A stretch of 64,000 nucleotides of DNA from an uncultured virus (IMG/VR IMGVR_UViG_3300005533_000011) (IMGVR_UViG_3300005533_000011); one strand, 5' to 3'; shown: positions 38,411 to 49,321, numbered from the stretch's first letter. Made by a program: numbers and translations. The notes: a model not told the origin generated them from the letters alone.

Positions 38411-40147
38411 ATGCGCACCTACGGCAAGGTCTGGCTGAAGGAAGGGATCTGGAACGTCGAGGCCGAGCCTCACGTCCTCCTTCGTCTCAAGCGCCAGCTC
38501 GACCGGGTCGCCAAGCACGAGTTCAAGACCGTCCACCTGACCGATACCGACGAGAACAGGATGGAACTCGATTGGTTCCTCGTCCGGTACCGCCTGAAGA
38601 TCTCGCCCCAGGACAAGGCGGCCCTCGAACAGGGCACGGAGCGCTACAAGGAGCGGATCCTCACCCTCGAGGACATCATGGGCCCGAAGTACAAGCCCAT
38701 GGACGTCAAGATGGCCGTCCAGCCTCGCCTCTACCAGCTTCAGGCCGCCGAGCTCACCCTCAAGAACGGGTTCCTTCTCCTGGCGGACGACGTCGGCCTC
38801 GGGAAGACGTGCTCGGCCATCACCTGCTTCACCGACAAGACTGCGCTGCCCTCGATCGTCGTCACGCTGGCCGGCGTCCTTCCAGATCAATGGGCGGCCG
38901 AGATCTCGAGGTTCATTCCCGATCTTTTCCCCCACGTGATCGAGAGCAAGAAACTTTACCAGTGGCCCCAGCGGAACGGGCGGTATCCGGACGTCCTGGT
39001 GATCAACTACCACAAGCTGACCACCTGGGCGGAGACGCTTGCGGAGTACGGGAAAATGGTCGTGTTCGACGAGTGCCAGGAACTCCGCCGGGACGAGAGC
39101 GCGAAGTACGAAGCCGCCAAGTTCATCGCGAGGTCCTGCGTGAAGACCATGGGCCTGTCTGCGACGCCGATCTTCAACTACGGCGGCGAAATCTACAACG
39201 TGCTCGATGTCCTCAAGGAAGACTGCCTCGGAAGCCGCGAGGAATTCGAACGCGAGTGGTGCAACGACTCGCACGGGCAGCGAAGGATCACCATCAAGGA
39301 TCCGCGCGCCTTCGGATCGTACCTGAGGGAGAACTTCCTCATGCTCCGGAGGACGCGCGAGGAAGTGAAGCGCGAACTGCCGCCACTCACCAAGATCCCG
39401 TACCACATCCCTGCGAATGCGAGCGCCCTTGACAGAGTTGAAGACTCGGCCGCCGCGCTCGCCAAGATCATCCTCTCCCAGGAGAACATCGCCGGATTTG
39501 ACAAGATGAAGGCGAAGCAGGACCTCGACTACCTGCTCCGCCAGGCGACCGGTGTCGGAAAGGCCCCGTACATCGCGGAGTTCATCCGCCTGATCGTGGA
39601 GAACGGCGAGAAAGCCCTCGTCTTCTGCTGGCACCGGGAGGTCTACGAAATCCTGATGTCGAAGCTCTCCGATCCTGAACTCGGGGACCTGAAGCCCGTC
39701 CTCTTCACGGGCAGCGAGACGCCCAAGCAGAAGGCGGAATCGAAGGAGAAGTTCGTCTCCGGCGACAGCAAGGTCATGCTGATGTCGCTCCGTGCCGGCC
39801 AGGGCGTCGACGGTATGCAGAGGATCTGCAAGACCGTCATCATTGCCGAACTCGACTGGAGCCCGGGCGTGCATGAGCAGAACATCGGGCGCATCTTTCG
39901 GGACGGCCAGCCCAATCCGGTCACGGCCTTCTTCCTGGTCTCCGATACGGGCTCCGATCCGGTCGTCGCCGAGGCCCTCGGCCTCAAGACGCAGCAGATC
40001 GAAGGGATCCGGAATCCCAACCAGGACCTGATCGAGAAGCTCCAGACCGGATCCGGATGGATCGAGAAGCTGGCGAAGGAGTACCTGAAAAAGTCCGGGA
40101 AGACGGCGCCCCGGGAGATCGACCTTGAGGAGAGCAAGGCGGAATGA
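38411..40147 (+). CDS. SNF2-family helicase/translocase
   Basis: LADDVGLGKT, DECQ, LSATP..N, LRRT..EV, G.GVDG, ELDWSP..HEQ..GR..R.GQ. Confidence 0.9.
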   Translation: MRTYGKVWLKEGIWNVEAEPHVLLRLKRQLDRVAKHEFKTVHLTDTDENRMELDWFLVRYRLKISPQDKAALEQGTERYKERILTLEDIMGPKYKPMDVKMAVQPRLYQLQAAELTLKNGFLLLADDVGLGKTCSAITCFTDKTALPSIVVTLAGVLPDQWAAEISRFIPDLFPHVIESKKLYQWPQRNGRYPDVLVINYHKLTTWAETLAEYGKMVVFDECQELRRDESAKYEAAKFIARSCVKTMGLSATPIFNYGGEIYNVLDVLKEDCLGSREEFEREWCNDSHGQRRITIKDPRAFGSYLRENFLMLRRTREEVKRELPPLTKIPYHIPANASALDRVEDSAAALAKIILSQENIAGFDKMKAKQDLDYLLRQATGVGKAPYIAEFIRLIVENGEKALVFCWHREVYEILMSKLSDPELGDLKPVLFTGSETPKQKAESKEKFVSGDSKVMLMSLRAGQGVDGMQRICKTVIIAELDWSPGVHEQNIGRIFRDGQPNPVTAFFLVSDTGSDPVVAEALGLKTQQIEGIRNPNQDLIEKLQTGSGWIEKLAKEYLKKSGKTAPREIDLEESKAE

Positions 40148-41160
40148 ATATGCGAGGCACCATGCGTCGTGAAGAGGCGCCGCCCATCATGAAGAACCTC
40201 TCGGTCTCGAAGATCGAGAAGGCTCTTCTATGCGCGCTCGCCATGAAGTACCAGTACGTCGACAAGATCCCGCAGCTGTCTGGCTGGAAGCTCGTCGCCG
40301 GCAACGTCGTCCACGAGATCCTGGAGAACGCGATCCGGAAGTTCGTCGCGACCGGCGCGTATCCGGACGAGGCGACCCTCGACGCCCAGTTCGAGCCGAC
40401 CTGGCAGGCCAAGGTCCGGGAGGAAGAGGAGAAGCCCTGGTTCATCGGCTGGCAGGTCGATCCCGACGATCCTCCGGAAAGGATCAAGGAAGGATATCGG
40501 CCGCTCGTGGGCCTCGCGCGGAGGGAGGTCCTTCCGACCATCAAGCCGTGGATGATCGGGAACGATCCGGTCGTCGAGTACCGCATCGACCTTGAGCTGG
40601 AGAGCGAGTGGGGACCGTTCGCGATCCTGGGCTATATCGACCTTCTCACTGAAGACGGTGTCCTTGCCGACTGGAAGACGACCGATGGGCCGGAGGTCTC
40701 GGCCCGGGCGCTCCGGACCTGGCTTCAGTTCGCGGCCTATAGCATCTTTGTCTGGCCGATCGTGGGCGAAGAGGTCCTCAAGTGCGAGAAGATCTTCCTC
40801 GTCCGGGGCGAGAAGCCCTTCGTCCAGAGGCACCAGTTCGAGATCGGCCCCAAGCACCGCGAATGGTTCGTCCGGGTCGCCGCCCAGGTCTGGGGGATGG
40901 TGAAGAAGGGCATCTACGTCCCGAACACCGAGAGCTGGTTCTGCAAGCCCGGGTTCTGCAATTTCTACGATGGATGCCAGGGCGAGATCGTCGGGAAGAA
41001 GGCCGCCGATCCCGCGGCCGAGCTCAAGGCGCGCATGAGGGACGCCGGCCCGGAGATCTTCGACATCCTGAAGGAAGTCGCGGAGAAGGAGCTCTTCGCG
41101 GACTCGGACCTCTATGCCCGGATGTCGGCCATGATCGAAAAGATCAAGACAGGAGTCTGA
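40144..41160 (+). CDS. RecB/AddB/Cas4-like PD-(D/E)xK exonuclease
   Basis: LSVSKI..C, G..VHE.LE, GYIDL, DWKT, Q...Y, and a C-terminal C..C..C cluster (Fe-S-like). Confidence 0.85.
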   Translation: MNMRGTMRREEAPPIMKNLSVSKIEKALLCALAMKYQYVDKIPQLSGWKLVAGNVVHEILENAIRKFVATGAYPDEATLDAQFEPTWQAKVREEEEKPWFIGWQVDPDDPPERIKEGYRPLVGLARREVLPTIKPWMIGNDPVVEYRIDLELESEWGPFAILGYIDLLTEDGVLADWKTTDGPEVSARALRTWLQFAAYSIFVWPIVGEEVLKCEKIFLVRGEKPFVQRHQFEIGPKHREWFVRVAAQVWGMVKKGIYVPNTESWFCKPGFCNFYDGCQGEIVGKKAADPAAELKARMRDAGPEIFDILKEVAEKELFADSDLYARMSAMIEKIKTGV

Positions 41161-41161
41161 C

Positions 41162-41365
41162 ATGTCGAGATTCAAGAAGAGCGAATACGTCACCGAGAAG
41201 CGCGCCCGGCCGGTCGAAAAGCCGGTGGTCTTCAAGCACTGCCAGGGCGACATGGGGCTGTGCAGATCGAAGAAGGATCTCGTCCCCTGCCAGAAGTGCA
41301 AGAAGCCGTACTGCGCCGACCATGCCAAGGACCATCCCCGCTGGTGCCTGGGGTCCTGGGTGTAA
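41162..41365 (+). CDS. AN1/B-box-like zinc finger protein
   Basis: C....C...CQKCKKPYCADH...H..C. Confidence 0.55.
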   Translation: MSRFKKSEYVTEKRARPVEKPVVFKHCQGDMGLCRSKKDLVPCQKCKKPYCADHAKDHPRWCLGSWV

Positions 41366-41374
41366 AATAATCTC

Positions 41375-41422
41375 TTGACTTTGAGCGGTTACTCGGTTTA
41401 ACATCCAGCCTGTGACAAGGCC
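41375..41422 (+). promoter_or_regulatory. Sigma70-type promoter with leaderless GTG start
   Basis: TTGACT-18 bp-TAACAT, then GTGACAAGGCC 7 nt downstream. Confidence 0.6.
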
Positions 41423-41633
41423 CGGGACGGGAGAACTGTCGGCGCTCAGGAAAGTCGAAGCCGCGGCGCGCATGATGCCGCGGCGGACGCCGGCTGCCGG
41501 CGCCGCGAGCACCCTCCATCAGTTCGAGATCTCGGCCGCCGCGGTGTGGGCCCTGGACGCGGCGATCACGGAACTCGACAGGGTCCGGAAAAAAGGAAGG
41601 AGAACCCGCCATGCCGAGCATCACGTTTCCTGA
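41412..41633 (+). CDS. Small leaderless hypothetical protein
   Basis: GTG at the predicted +1. Confidence 0.5.
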   Translation: MTRPGTGELSALRKVEAAARMMPRRTPAAGAASTLHQFEISAAAVWALDAAITELDRVRKKGRRTRHAEHHVS

Positions 41634-41865
41634 CACGACCGGCGATGTCAAGATCAGCTGGAATCCGGAGGACCCCAAGGATGTCCAGAACGCCCGGGAC
41701 CATTTCGAGAAGCTCAAGAAGGAGAACCACATCTTCTTCAAGCTCTCGGCGGACGGCTCGAAGGGGAAGAAGGTGAAGGAGTTTGACGAGGCTCTCGGCG
41801 AGCTCGTCTGCGAGTTCGACCCCAAGGCCGACGTCGTCGCCGCCCCGATGGTGTCGGGAGGCTAG
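41611..41865 (+). CDS. Small protein ending in Gly-Gly
   Basis: AAGGAG RBS; ends APMVSGG-stop. Confidence 0.7.
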   Translation: MPSITFPDTTGDVKISWNPEDPKDVQNARDHFEKLKKENHIFFKLSADGSKGKKVKEFDEALGELVCEFDPKADVVAAPMVSGG

Positions 41866-41868
41866 GCC

Positions 41869-42531
41869 ATGCCTTGGGACGATTCCTGGACCACCGGTCA
41901 AAACTGCTTCGCATCGAACATCGCGGACACGACGGGGAGCACCGTCGGCACGTCAGCGGGCAACGTGATGACGATCAATGTGATGCTCCAGTACAGCACG
42001 AACTCCGCGAACATCACGAACGTCGGGTGGAGCACCGTCCCGACGGCGACCACGCTCTGCGGATACGGCCAGCAGGTGCAGCCGATTGGCCAGTACTTCG
42101 GCGGCAACGACATGCCCAATTGGGATCCGCTGCAGGCCGGCCAGCTCCGGGAGGACTACCGGGCGCTCAAGGCCGAGTGGAAGCGGAAGCGCGCGGAGGT
42201 CCGGGCCCGGAGGTTCTTCCGCAGCATCGTGGGCGACGAAGCCTTCCGGCTTTTCCGCCGGAGAGGCTACTACGAGATCCGGGGCGCGTCCCGGACGAGG
42301 TATCGCCTCCGGCCTGGCATGAGAGTCCAGGTCATGAAGGGCTGCGCGGACGAGGTCGATCACGAGCTCTGCGCCCATCTCAAGATCGGCATCCCCTGGT
42401 TCGATTCGATGGCGGTCCAGGCGCTCATGCTGTCCTCCTCGAAGGAGACCGAAGAGAGATTCAAGTCCATCGCGAACGTGCACAGGGCGCACGGACCATA
42501 CCCGATCGAGGACCTGACGAGGGCGGCATGA
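41869..42531 (+). CDS. Hypothetical protein (T/N-rich N-terminus, globular C-terminal domain)
   Basis: GGAGG RBS; coupled to the NTase gene. Confidence 0.65.
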   Translation: MPWDDSWTTGQNCFASNIADTTGSTVGTSAGNVMTINVMLQYSTNSANITNVGWSTVPTATTLCGYGQQVQPIGQYFGGNDMPNWDPLQAGQLREDYRALKAEWKRKRAEVRARRFFRSIVGDEAFRLFRRRGYYEIRGASRTRYRLRPGMRVQVMKGCADEVDHELCAHLKIGIPWFDSMAVQALMLSSSKETEERFKSIANVHRAHGPYPIEDLTRAA

Positions 42532-43304
42532 AGGTGACCGACGCGCTCGATCCCCTGGCCTGGAGGCAGTACGTCACGTTCATTTCGGGACCGCTGATCT
42601 ATTCCAAGGTCTGGGGCTCGAGGTCCCACAACACCGAACTGCCGGAGTCGGACACGGACTATCTAGCGGTCTACGCATCGCCGGCCGCGCGGCTCCTCGG
42701 CCTGGATCCCCCGATCGACTCTTTCGATCAGAAGTACATCCAGGACAAGTACGAGAGCCTCGGGATCCCGAAGCCCCCGGACTTGATGCCGGACTTCCAG
42801 ATCCACGAGGTCGGCAAGTTCGCCCAGCTCCTCCTCAAGGGGAATCCCGGGATCGTCGAAATGCTGTTCACGGATCGCATGCAGTTCTGCGATCGCGCGT
42901 GGAACGACCTTGCCCAGCATCGACGCCTGTTCCTCTGCAAGAAGACGGTGGAGCAGTACCTCGGCTACGCGAACGAGCAGATGAAGAAGCTCGCCCGCGG
43001 CAGCGGCCTCCACTCGAAGGGAGGCGTCTACGGCGAGAAGTGGGGCTACCACATGTACCGCGTGGTGACGGACGCCCTCCGGATCGCCCAGGGAGGGGAG
43101 CCTCGCGTCTGGAAGGACGGCGCCGAGCGGGAGACGCTCATGCAGATTCGGCGAGGCGAGTGGACGAAGGAGCGGATGGAGAGCGAGACGCTCGCGATCA
43201 TCAAGAAGATCGAATCCTTGAAGCCCTGGTCGCTGCCGGACCTGCCGGACAAGGCATATCTCGAACACTGGCTGATCGGCGTCAGAAAAGCGGTAGGCTG
43301 GTGA
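42528..43304 (+). CDS. Pol-beta-superfamily nucleotidyltransferase (RlaP/YcgL-like)
   Basis: GSRSH.....SDTD...VY, E..KF..LLLKGNP..VEML. Confidence 0.8.
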   Translation: MKVTDALDPLAWRQYVTFISGPLIYSKVWGSRSHNTELPESDTDYLAVYASPAARLLGLDPPIDSFDQKYIQDKYESLGIPKPPDLMPDFQIHEVGKFAQLLLKGNPGIVEMLFTDRMQFCDRAWNDLAQHRRLFLCKKTVEQYLGYANEQMKKLARGSGLHSKGGVYGEKWGYHMYRVVTDALRIAQGGEPRVWKDGAERETLMQIRRGEWTKERMESETLAIIKKIESLKPWSLPDLPDKAYLEHWLIGVRKAVGW

Positions 43305-43313
43305 ACTTCCAGA

Positions 43314-44884
43314 ATGCCCAAGACCGTCACGAAACGGTGCCTGCTCTGCAGGCGCCTGGTGAGCAAGATCGGCCGCGCACGGCTCAAGCGGATGAAGTTC
43401 AAGTTCATCTACTGTTCGGTCGAGTGCCTCGCGGATGGAAGGCTTTGGAGATGATGCGATGAGCGAGAGCGAAGAAGGCCAGGTCGCCCGACAGAAGAAG
43501 CTCCTCGAGGACAGGAAGAAGACCATGTCCTACCTCAAGGACCAGGTCGAGACCCTCGATCGTTCAATGGCCCGGAACTTCGCTCAGGGAAACTTCGCGC
43601 TCGCCAGCCAGGACGCCCGTAAGATGGCGTCGATCCTCGAGGTCTTGGGCGACCTCGATGTCAGCTGATTCAGGAGGACCCATGGACGTCAAGACCAAGG
43701 CCGAGTGCCATCACGACCCGCAACCGGCGATGTCCGGCGTCGAGGTCAATCGTCGCCTGATGCACCTCGAGCAGCGGACCAAGTGTCTGGAGTGCGGGCA
43801 AAGGATCTTCTCGGAGTTCTGGCTCACGTGGAAGGTCCGGCGCGACAGCCAGCCGAAGGTCCTTGAGCAGAAGGTCGCCAGAGGCTGGGCCATCCTGGAC
43901 AAGGAGGGGAAGTTCCGCCGATACAAGGACGTCGGAGCCTACGTTCCCGCGCTCTACCCGACGGAGCGGCACGCGAAGGACGACATGTTCACGAACGACC
44001 GGAGGCCGGTCAAGGTCGAGGTCTGGGTGAAGGAGATCGTGAAATAGCCATGGGATCCAGATCGAACCTCAAGGAAGAGTGCTTCAAGGTGGCTTACGCC
44101 CACTATGAGGGTGAGGATTGCACTCAGAGGGCCGCTGACAAGCTGGCTGCAGAGATCGAAAAGCTGGTATTGGCGGAGCGCGCGCGATGCACCGAGATCG
44201 CGGAATCGGAGCCGTGGCCCGAAGGTCCTGCGCCGTCGATGGTCATTCTGGCCTCTGCCGGATTGACCTATGAGAAGATCATCGAAGCGACCGTGAAGGC
44301 TACCCGCGACAGCATCGCGAAGAAGATTCGCGGGCAGGACCCAGATCAGAAGGAGATCCTGAAGTAAATGGGCTGCCTTAAATGCAACCGTGATGTCCAT
44401 CCCGAGAGCCCCGAGGCCCTAACGTCAGAGTTCGCCTGCACTGTCAAAGACGGACTTTGTCTTCGCGTGAACTGCCATTGTACGGAATGTTCAAGTAAGC
44501 AGGGCATCTGGTGCTCGCAGTGCGGACGTGAAGTGCGCCCTGGCCGGAAGCCGGGCCTTTCGGATTACGTGTGTCGCATCTGCTGGCCGGACCCGGAGAA
44601 GGGCGGGGAGAAGAATGAATCCTAAAGAACTCGCGAGCTAAACAATGACCCCTGAAAAATTTAGAGAACTACATCCGATAGGCATGCCACCATCACCGAC
44701 GTTCCTACACATTTACAATCTGAACCATGATCGACCGTGCACCTATTGTGGCATGACACCGGAGCAGGATCGATTGGAAAATCAGCGGGTAGCTGATACT
44801 GAGCGCGAACGCCAGATCGAGATAATCGCTGAGGCTGTTGGGCGGGCATTAGATCGGCGCTTAAATCCGAAGGCTAAATCATGA
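43314..44884 (+). other. Small ORF array (43314-43454 TRASH-like CxxC...YCSxxC, 43459-43668, 43682-44047, 44050-44367, 44368-44625, 44645-44884)
   Basis: Tight packing; 44050-44884 is visibly more AT-rich. Confidence 0.55.
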
Positions 44885-45693
44885 CTAAGGTGCAAGGTGA
44901 CTCCATGGACCTCGCAAAACTGAATAGCGCGACGAAGTACCCGAGCATCTTGACCTACCACGAAATGGGCGACCGCGGGCGCTTGAATCCCAAGGTGCAG
45001 GTGCCATTCGTCGAGGGGATGGAGCTCTTCATCAGCGAGAAGGTGGATGGGACCAATGCCCGGATCATCCTACCTCCGGAGTCGAATCGGATCGTCCACG
45101 GCGGCCTCTACCGGAAGTATCTGATCGGCAGCCGGGAGGAGCTGCTCACGGCCGACCAGGACCTCGTGTTCGCCCCTGATTATGGGATCGTCGAGGCGCT
45201 GCGCCCGATCGCGGATGCCCTCCCCGCCGGCGAAGGCCTCATCCAGGTGTTCTTCTTCGAGGTCTTCGGCGGCAACCTGCCAGCGTCGAAGCAGTACTCC
45301 GACGTCAAGCAGATCTCCGTCCGGCTGTTCGACGAGGCAAGCATCCTGGTGGAAACCCTCGAGATGCCGATCGAGAAGATCGCGGCCTGGCGGGATGCCG
45401 GGGGGCAGATGTTCAAGCCCCATGACACTCTGAATGAGCTCCTCCAGCGGATCAAGGAGAAGCACGGCCTTAGCCTTGCGCGGGTGCCAGATCTGGGTAG
45501 GGTTACGTCTCTGCCGACCTCCATCGAAGAGACGTACGAATGGCTCAAGCAGCATTCGAAGTCCGGCTGCGACCTCGGGGGCGGTAAGTCCCAGGCGGAA
45601 GGAGTGGTCGTCCGTACCTGGGACCGGAAGCTCATCGCCAAACTCCGGTTCGAGGATTACGAGCGGACGCTCGGGATCAAGAGGAAGCAATAG
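44881..45693 (+). CDS. ATP-dependent RNA ligase (Rnl2-like)
   Basis: KYPSI, motif I EKVDGTN, IGSR, FFEVFG, RLFD, EGVVVR, IAKL. Confidence 0.8.
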   Translation: MTKVQGDSMDLAKLNSATKYPSILTYHEMGDRGRLNPKVQVPFVEGMELFISEKVDGTNARIILPPESNRIVHGGLYRKYLIGSREELLTADQDLVFAPDYGIVEALRPIADALPAGEGLIQVFFFEVFGGNLPASKQYSDVKQISVRLFDEASILVETLEMPIEKIAAWRDAGGQMFKPHDTLNELLQRIKEKHGLSLARVPDLGRVTSLPTSIEETYEWLKQHSKSGCDLGGGKSQAEGVVVRTWDRKLIAKLRFEDYERTLGIKRKQ

Positions 45694-45701
45694 GAGGAGT
45701 T

Positions 45702-45980
45702 ATGAACTGGTGGTTGCTTGGAATTATCTTGGTCGTTGGACACTTGACCCTGCAGAACCTGGGACATCACATGCGGTGGAAGGGTACCGTGAAGGCCTTC
45801 TCGGCCCTGAGCGATATGATCGGCACGATCGCCGAGATGCCGAAAGCCGAGATCGACAAGGCCACCACCATGTGGGGAGAGGCCAGGATCACTGCGGAGA
45901 GGAATGTCGCGGTCGGATCCATCCTGCTCCTCGTCATCGCGGTTTTCCTCGTAGCGCTCGGAGTTCACGGGAAGATCTGA
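45702..45980 (+). CDS. Two-TM membrane protein
   Basis: AGGAGG RBS; hydrophobic helices at both ends. Confidence 0.6.
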   Translation: MNWWLLGIILVVGHLTLQNLGHHMRWKGTVKAFSALSDMIGTIAEMPKAEIDKATTMWGEARITAERNVAVGSILLLVIAVFLVALGVHGKI

Positions 45981-46089
45981 CGGACATGCCGAAGAGCCCG
46001 ATGTACTGGTTTTCCTGGCTCGTCGCGGCGCCGGCGCTGGCGTACTACGCCGTCCTCGTGTTCCGCGCGGGCCGACGGAGGGCGCAGCG

Positions 46090-46614
46090 ATGACGCGGAA
46101 GGAACAGGAAGAAGTGAAGAAGGTTTGTCTGGAAAGGGACACCTATAAGGCGGCCCTGGATCTCATCGCCAAGACCGATCGGCGCAAGGTGGCGATGATG
46201 GGTGTCCTGGCGGTTGCCGATGCCGTCAACCTGGCGAAGAACGCGCTCAGGAAAGGAGGAAACGTGGAGACCACCGTGGCGAAGAAGGTCAAGATCGTCT
46301 GCATCTGCGGCTCGACGCGGTTCATCGACGAGATGGCCGTCGCGGCCTGGGAAATGGAGAAGCAGGGGATCCTCGTCATCGGCCCTCACCTGCTGCCGAT
46401 GAATTATCCCGGGGTCCAGCGGGATCACCAGGCGGAAGCCGAGGGCGTCCGCGAAGTCCTGGACGAGCTCCACCTCAGGAAGATCGACCTCTGCGATGAG
46501 GTCTATGTGGTCGACCCGGGCGGCTATATCGGGACGTCCACGAAGAACGAGCTCGAATACGCCCGAAAGCAGGGGAAGCCGATCCGGTACATGGAGCCGG
46601 TGGCAGCCGGGTAG
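46090..46614 (+). CDS. Nucleoside 2-deoxyribosyltransferase-like (DUF4406-like) protein
   Basis: ICGSTRF, HLRKIDLCDEVYVV..GGYIG.ST..E.EYA...GKPI; strong internal AGGAGG-GTG start at 46264. Confidence 0.65.
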   Translation: MTRKEQEEVKKVCLERDTYKAALDLIAKTDRRKVAMMGVLAVADAVNLAKNALRKGGNVETTVAKKVKIVCICGSTRFIDEMAVAAWEMEKQGILVIGPHLLPMNYPGVQRDHQAEAEGVREVLDELHLRKIDLCDEVYVVDPGGYIGTSTKNELEYARKQGKPIRYMEPVAAG

Positions 46615-46616
46615 GA

Positions 46617-48500
46617 ATGAGGGCAAACCACAAGCATCCGGCCTGGAGAACTCCGATGAACTGCCCTCATTGCTCGATCCACAATCTACGAGGGCAGGTG
46701 GGCCTCAAGGCGCACATTCGGCATTCCCACAAGGAGCTGCTCCAGACGCCCGTTCGGACGGTGGATCTCAAGTACGCCGAGATCATCCAGAAGGCCGAGG
46801 ATTACGAGCGGAGGGCCCGGAATCTAAGGCATGCCGCCCAGGTCCTGGTGGAAGAGAAACTGATCGGAGGATAGTTGCATGTCCAGTAAATGGGGACAGC
46901 ACGTCGAGCAGTCGAAGCAGGCTGAGGAGGCCTCTCGGCTCCTGAACCGTGAGGGGATGTACGAGCTCCACGGTCTCCTCCATCAGCTCTGGTCCAAGGC
47001 GGTCGGGACCCCGGACTATGACAAGCTCCAGTGGGGGCGGCTTGAGGAACTCGTAGGGAAGGCCTTCAGGACGATTCTCGGATCCGAATGCGACCGGGTC
47101 GGCTACATGGCGATGATCACTCCGGATCCCATCAGCCAGGCGGCGGCCAAGCTTCTTTGCAAAAAGCACGGGTACTACACCTGCATCCTCTGCACGCGGG
47201 AGGATGGAGGGATCGCGTCGTGAAGTGGCGTCCGCCGGCGCCGGAAAAGCCCAGGCCGTGTTCTCGCTGCCGTCGGCGGCAGCGCATCATCGGCAAGCTC
47301 TGCGGCTTCTGCTTCGCCGCGTATGTCCAGCGCTTCGAGGAAGAGTCCAGAAAGAAACCCTGCAGGCTGAAGATCAAGGAGGCTGTATGAAAGTTCCCGG
47401 CATTCTCCAGTACGACCGCGACCGCGGCGTCATCTACTTCTTCGACGACCAGTCGAAGGAGTGCCTCCTCCGGATCGACGGCGTTCCGAACGTCCCGGAA
47501 GGGGAGCAGATCGACATCCACCTTTTCGCGCCTGGCGGGGAGCACCACCACGAAAACTGCGGGAACCGCGGACTTCTGATGAAGGGCGTTCCCCGTGAAA
47601 TCGGCGCAATCTGCGCGGCGAAGATGGAGAGGCATTCATGAACGACAGGCCGAACCTGATCCAGGAAACGATGGAAACCGCCGAGCTCATGGGCGGCGCT
47701 TCCTGGCCGAGCGCCGACGCGACACGGTGGGCCCTCGAGCAGTTGGCGAAGAAGATCGCCGACCGCGCGGCCGCGATGTACGACGTCCGGAAGGGCGCGA
47801 TGGTCCTTCGGGACGAGATCCTGCTCTCCTGCGGGATCGGATTCGACGCGAGGAGCTGAACCATGCTGAAATTCATCAAGGACCTGTTCCAAGGGAAAAC
47901 GATCAGGTGCTTCCTGTGCGGCAAGGAGGAGAAAGAGACGACGATTTCGAGATTTCTCCGGAAAAACCGGTCCCATCAATCTGGAGGAGTCCATCAGAGG
48001 GTGCGGTGCAAGATAGTCCTCGAATGCACCGGCCTGTGCGAGAAGTGTTTCAGGATGTTCGCCGACCGGTGGTCGAAGGAGAGCGACGCCACCTTCAAGG
48101 ACCTGTTCGGTGATCTGGTCTGCGTCCTGTGCGGCCGTGATTGGTCTCCTCCCATCATCAACCGATGCACCTGCGGCGGATTCTGCACCTGGGGGCCCGC
48201 GAAGGGGGCGGATCCGAGCAGCTGGATCAAGACGGAGGGGGGATACGTTCCCAGGCCTCCCTCTTCCGTGCTATGATGCTGCTGATGACCGAACACGGGC
48301 AGGCCTTGGGGAACTGCGCTCTCTGCGGGTTCAACTCAGCCATCGTCGGAGGGCTCGAGCCAGCCAGGCTGATCGGCCATGATGCCGCGTCGGGTTCCAC
48401 GGGACCAGGTCTCGTCCTTCGGTACCGCTGCAGGGATCGCCATGGGTGCGAACGCCGGCAAAGGGACTTTCCGGCTGAACGGTATCGGAAGGAAGGCTGA
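46617..48500 (+). other. Small ORF array (46617-46874 C2H2-like, 46879-47223, 47220-47390, 47387-47641, 47638-47859, 47863-48276, 48273-48500)
   Basis: RBSs and overlaps; CxxC motifs. Confidence 0.55.
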
Positions 48501-48976
48501 TGAGCAAAGAGGGCATCCCTGGGGCTGTCGTACGCGATCCTGATTTCGGAAAGCGGCTTACGTCACGGGAACCGGACGCGCTTCTCGACGAGAAGCTCTT
48601 CGGCCACCAGGTCGTATGGTCTCTTTGGGGAAGTCGGGAGATGCCTTTCCGGAAGGGATGGCAGGACTTCGGGATGCCTTTCAGCGTCCCTTACTACTCC
48701 AGCGACATGCGTGAGGCCTGGAAGGTCGTCGAGGAACTCCGGAAACGGGGAATCATGATCTCCGTGAAGTCCAGGGAGGATCTCGACCCGGCGAAGAACA
48801 ACTGCGACGATCTGATCCAGCTCAAGGACATGAAGTACGCGGTCCAGAGCTGGGACAAGGATCTGAATCGATACTCTCCATCGGTCTATGGAAAGACGGC
48901 CGAGGAGGCCATCTGCAATGCTGCCCTCAAGCTGCTCGGGATCCCGGCCGGAGCGGACGAAAACACAGGCAGCTGA
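48500..48976 (+). CDS. Phage ABA-sandwich/BC1872-like protein
   Basis: PYYSSDMREAWKVVEEL...TAEEAICNAALK. Confidence 0.6.
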   Translation: MSKEGIPGAVVRDPDFGKRLTSREPDALLDEKLFGHQVVWSLWGSREMPFRKGWQDFGMPFSVPYYSSDMREAWKVVEELRKRGIMISVKSREDLDPAKNNCDDLIQLKDMKYAVQSWDKDLNRYSPSVYGKTAEEAICNAALKLLGIPAGADENTGS

Positions 48977-49207
48977 TGGGAGTCCCGTTCAGCTCCCTCC
49001 CGCCCTGGCTGAAAGATCAAATCCTGAAGAAGCCCCCCAGACCACCCAGAAAACCACGTCGGCCTGCGGCGCCACCAGCGCCTACGCAAGACGAGGTGCG
49101 AATCAGTCGCACCTGTGATTGCGGATCGATGATGCTACGGCCGGACGGGATGTATCCCGATCAATGCCCAGGCTGCGGCAAGAGATGGAAGGCCGGTTGA
49201 ATTTCGT

Positions 49208-49254
49208 TTGATCTCCGGCCCGTAAACTGGTATAACCGTCTCCGTGACAAGGCC
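49208..49254 (+). promoter_or_regulatory. Sigma70-type promoter with leaderless GTG start
   Basis: TTGATC-17 bp-TATAAC; spacer ends GTAAACTGG; GTGACAAGGCC at 49244. Confidence 0.6.
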
Positions 49255-49321
49255 TGCGGAGCAGGATACCCGTTGCTTCCATACCGTGGGGACTGCGCGG
49301 AAAGGCTCCCGGTACGCATGA
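49244..49321 (+). CDS. 25-aa leaderless leader peptide coupled to the next gene
   Basis: GTG at the predicted +1; its TGA overlaps ATG 49318, which has no evident RBS. Confidence 0.4.
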   Translation: MTRPAEQDTRCFHTVGTARKGSRYA

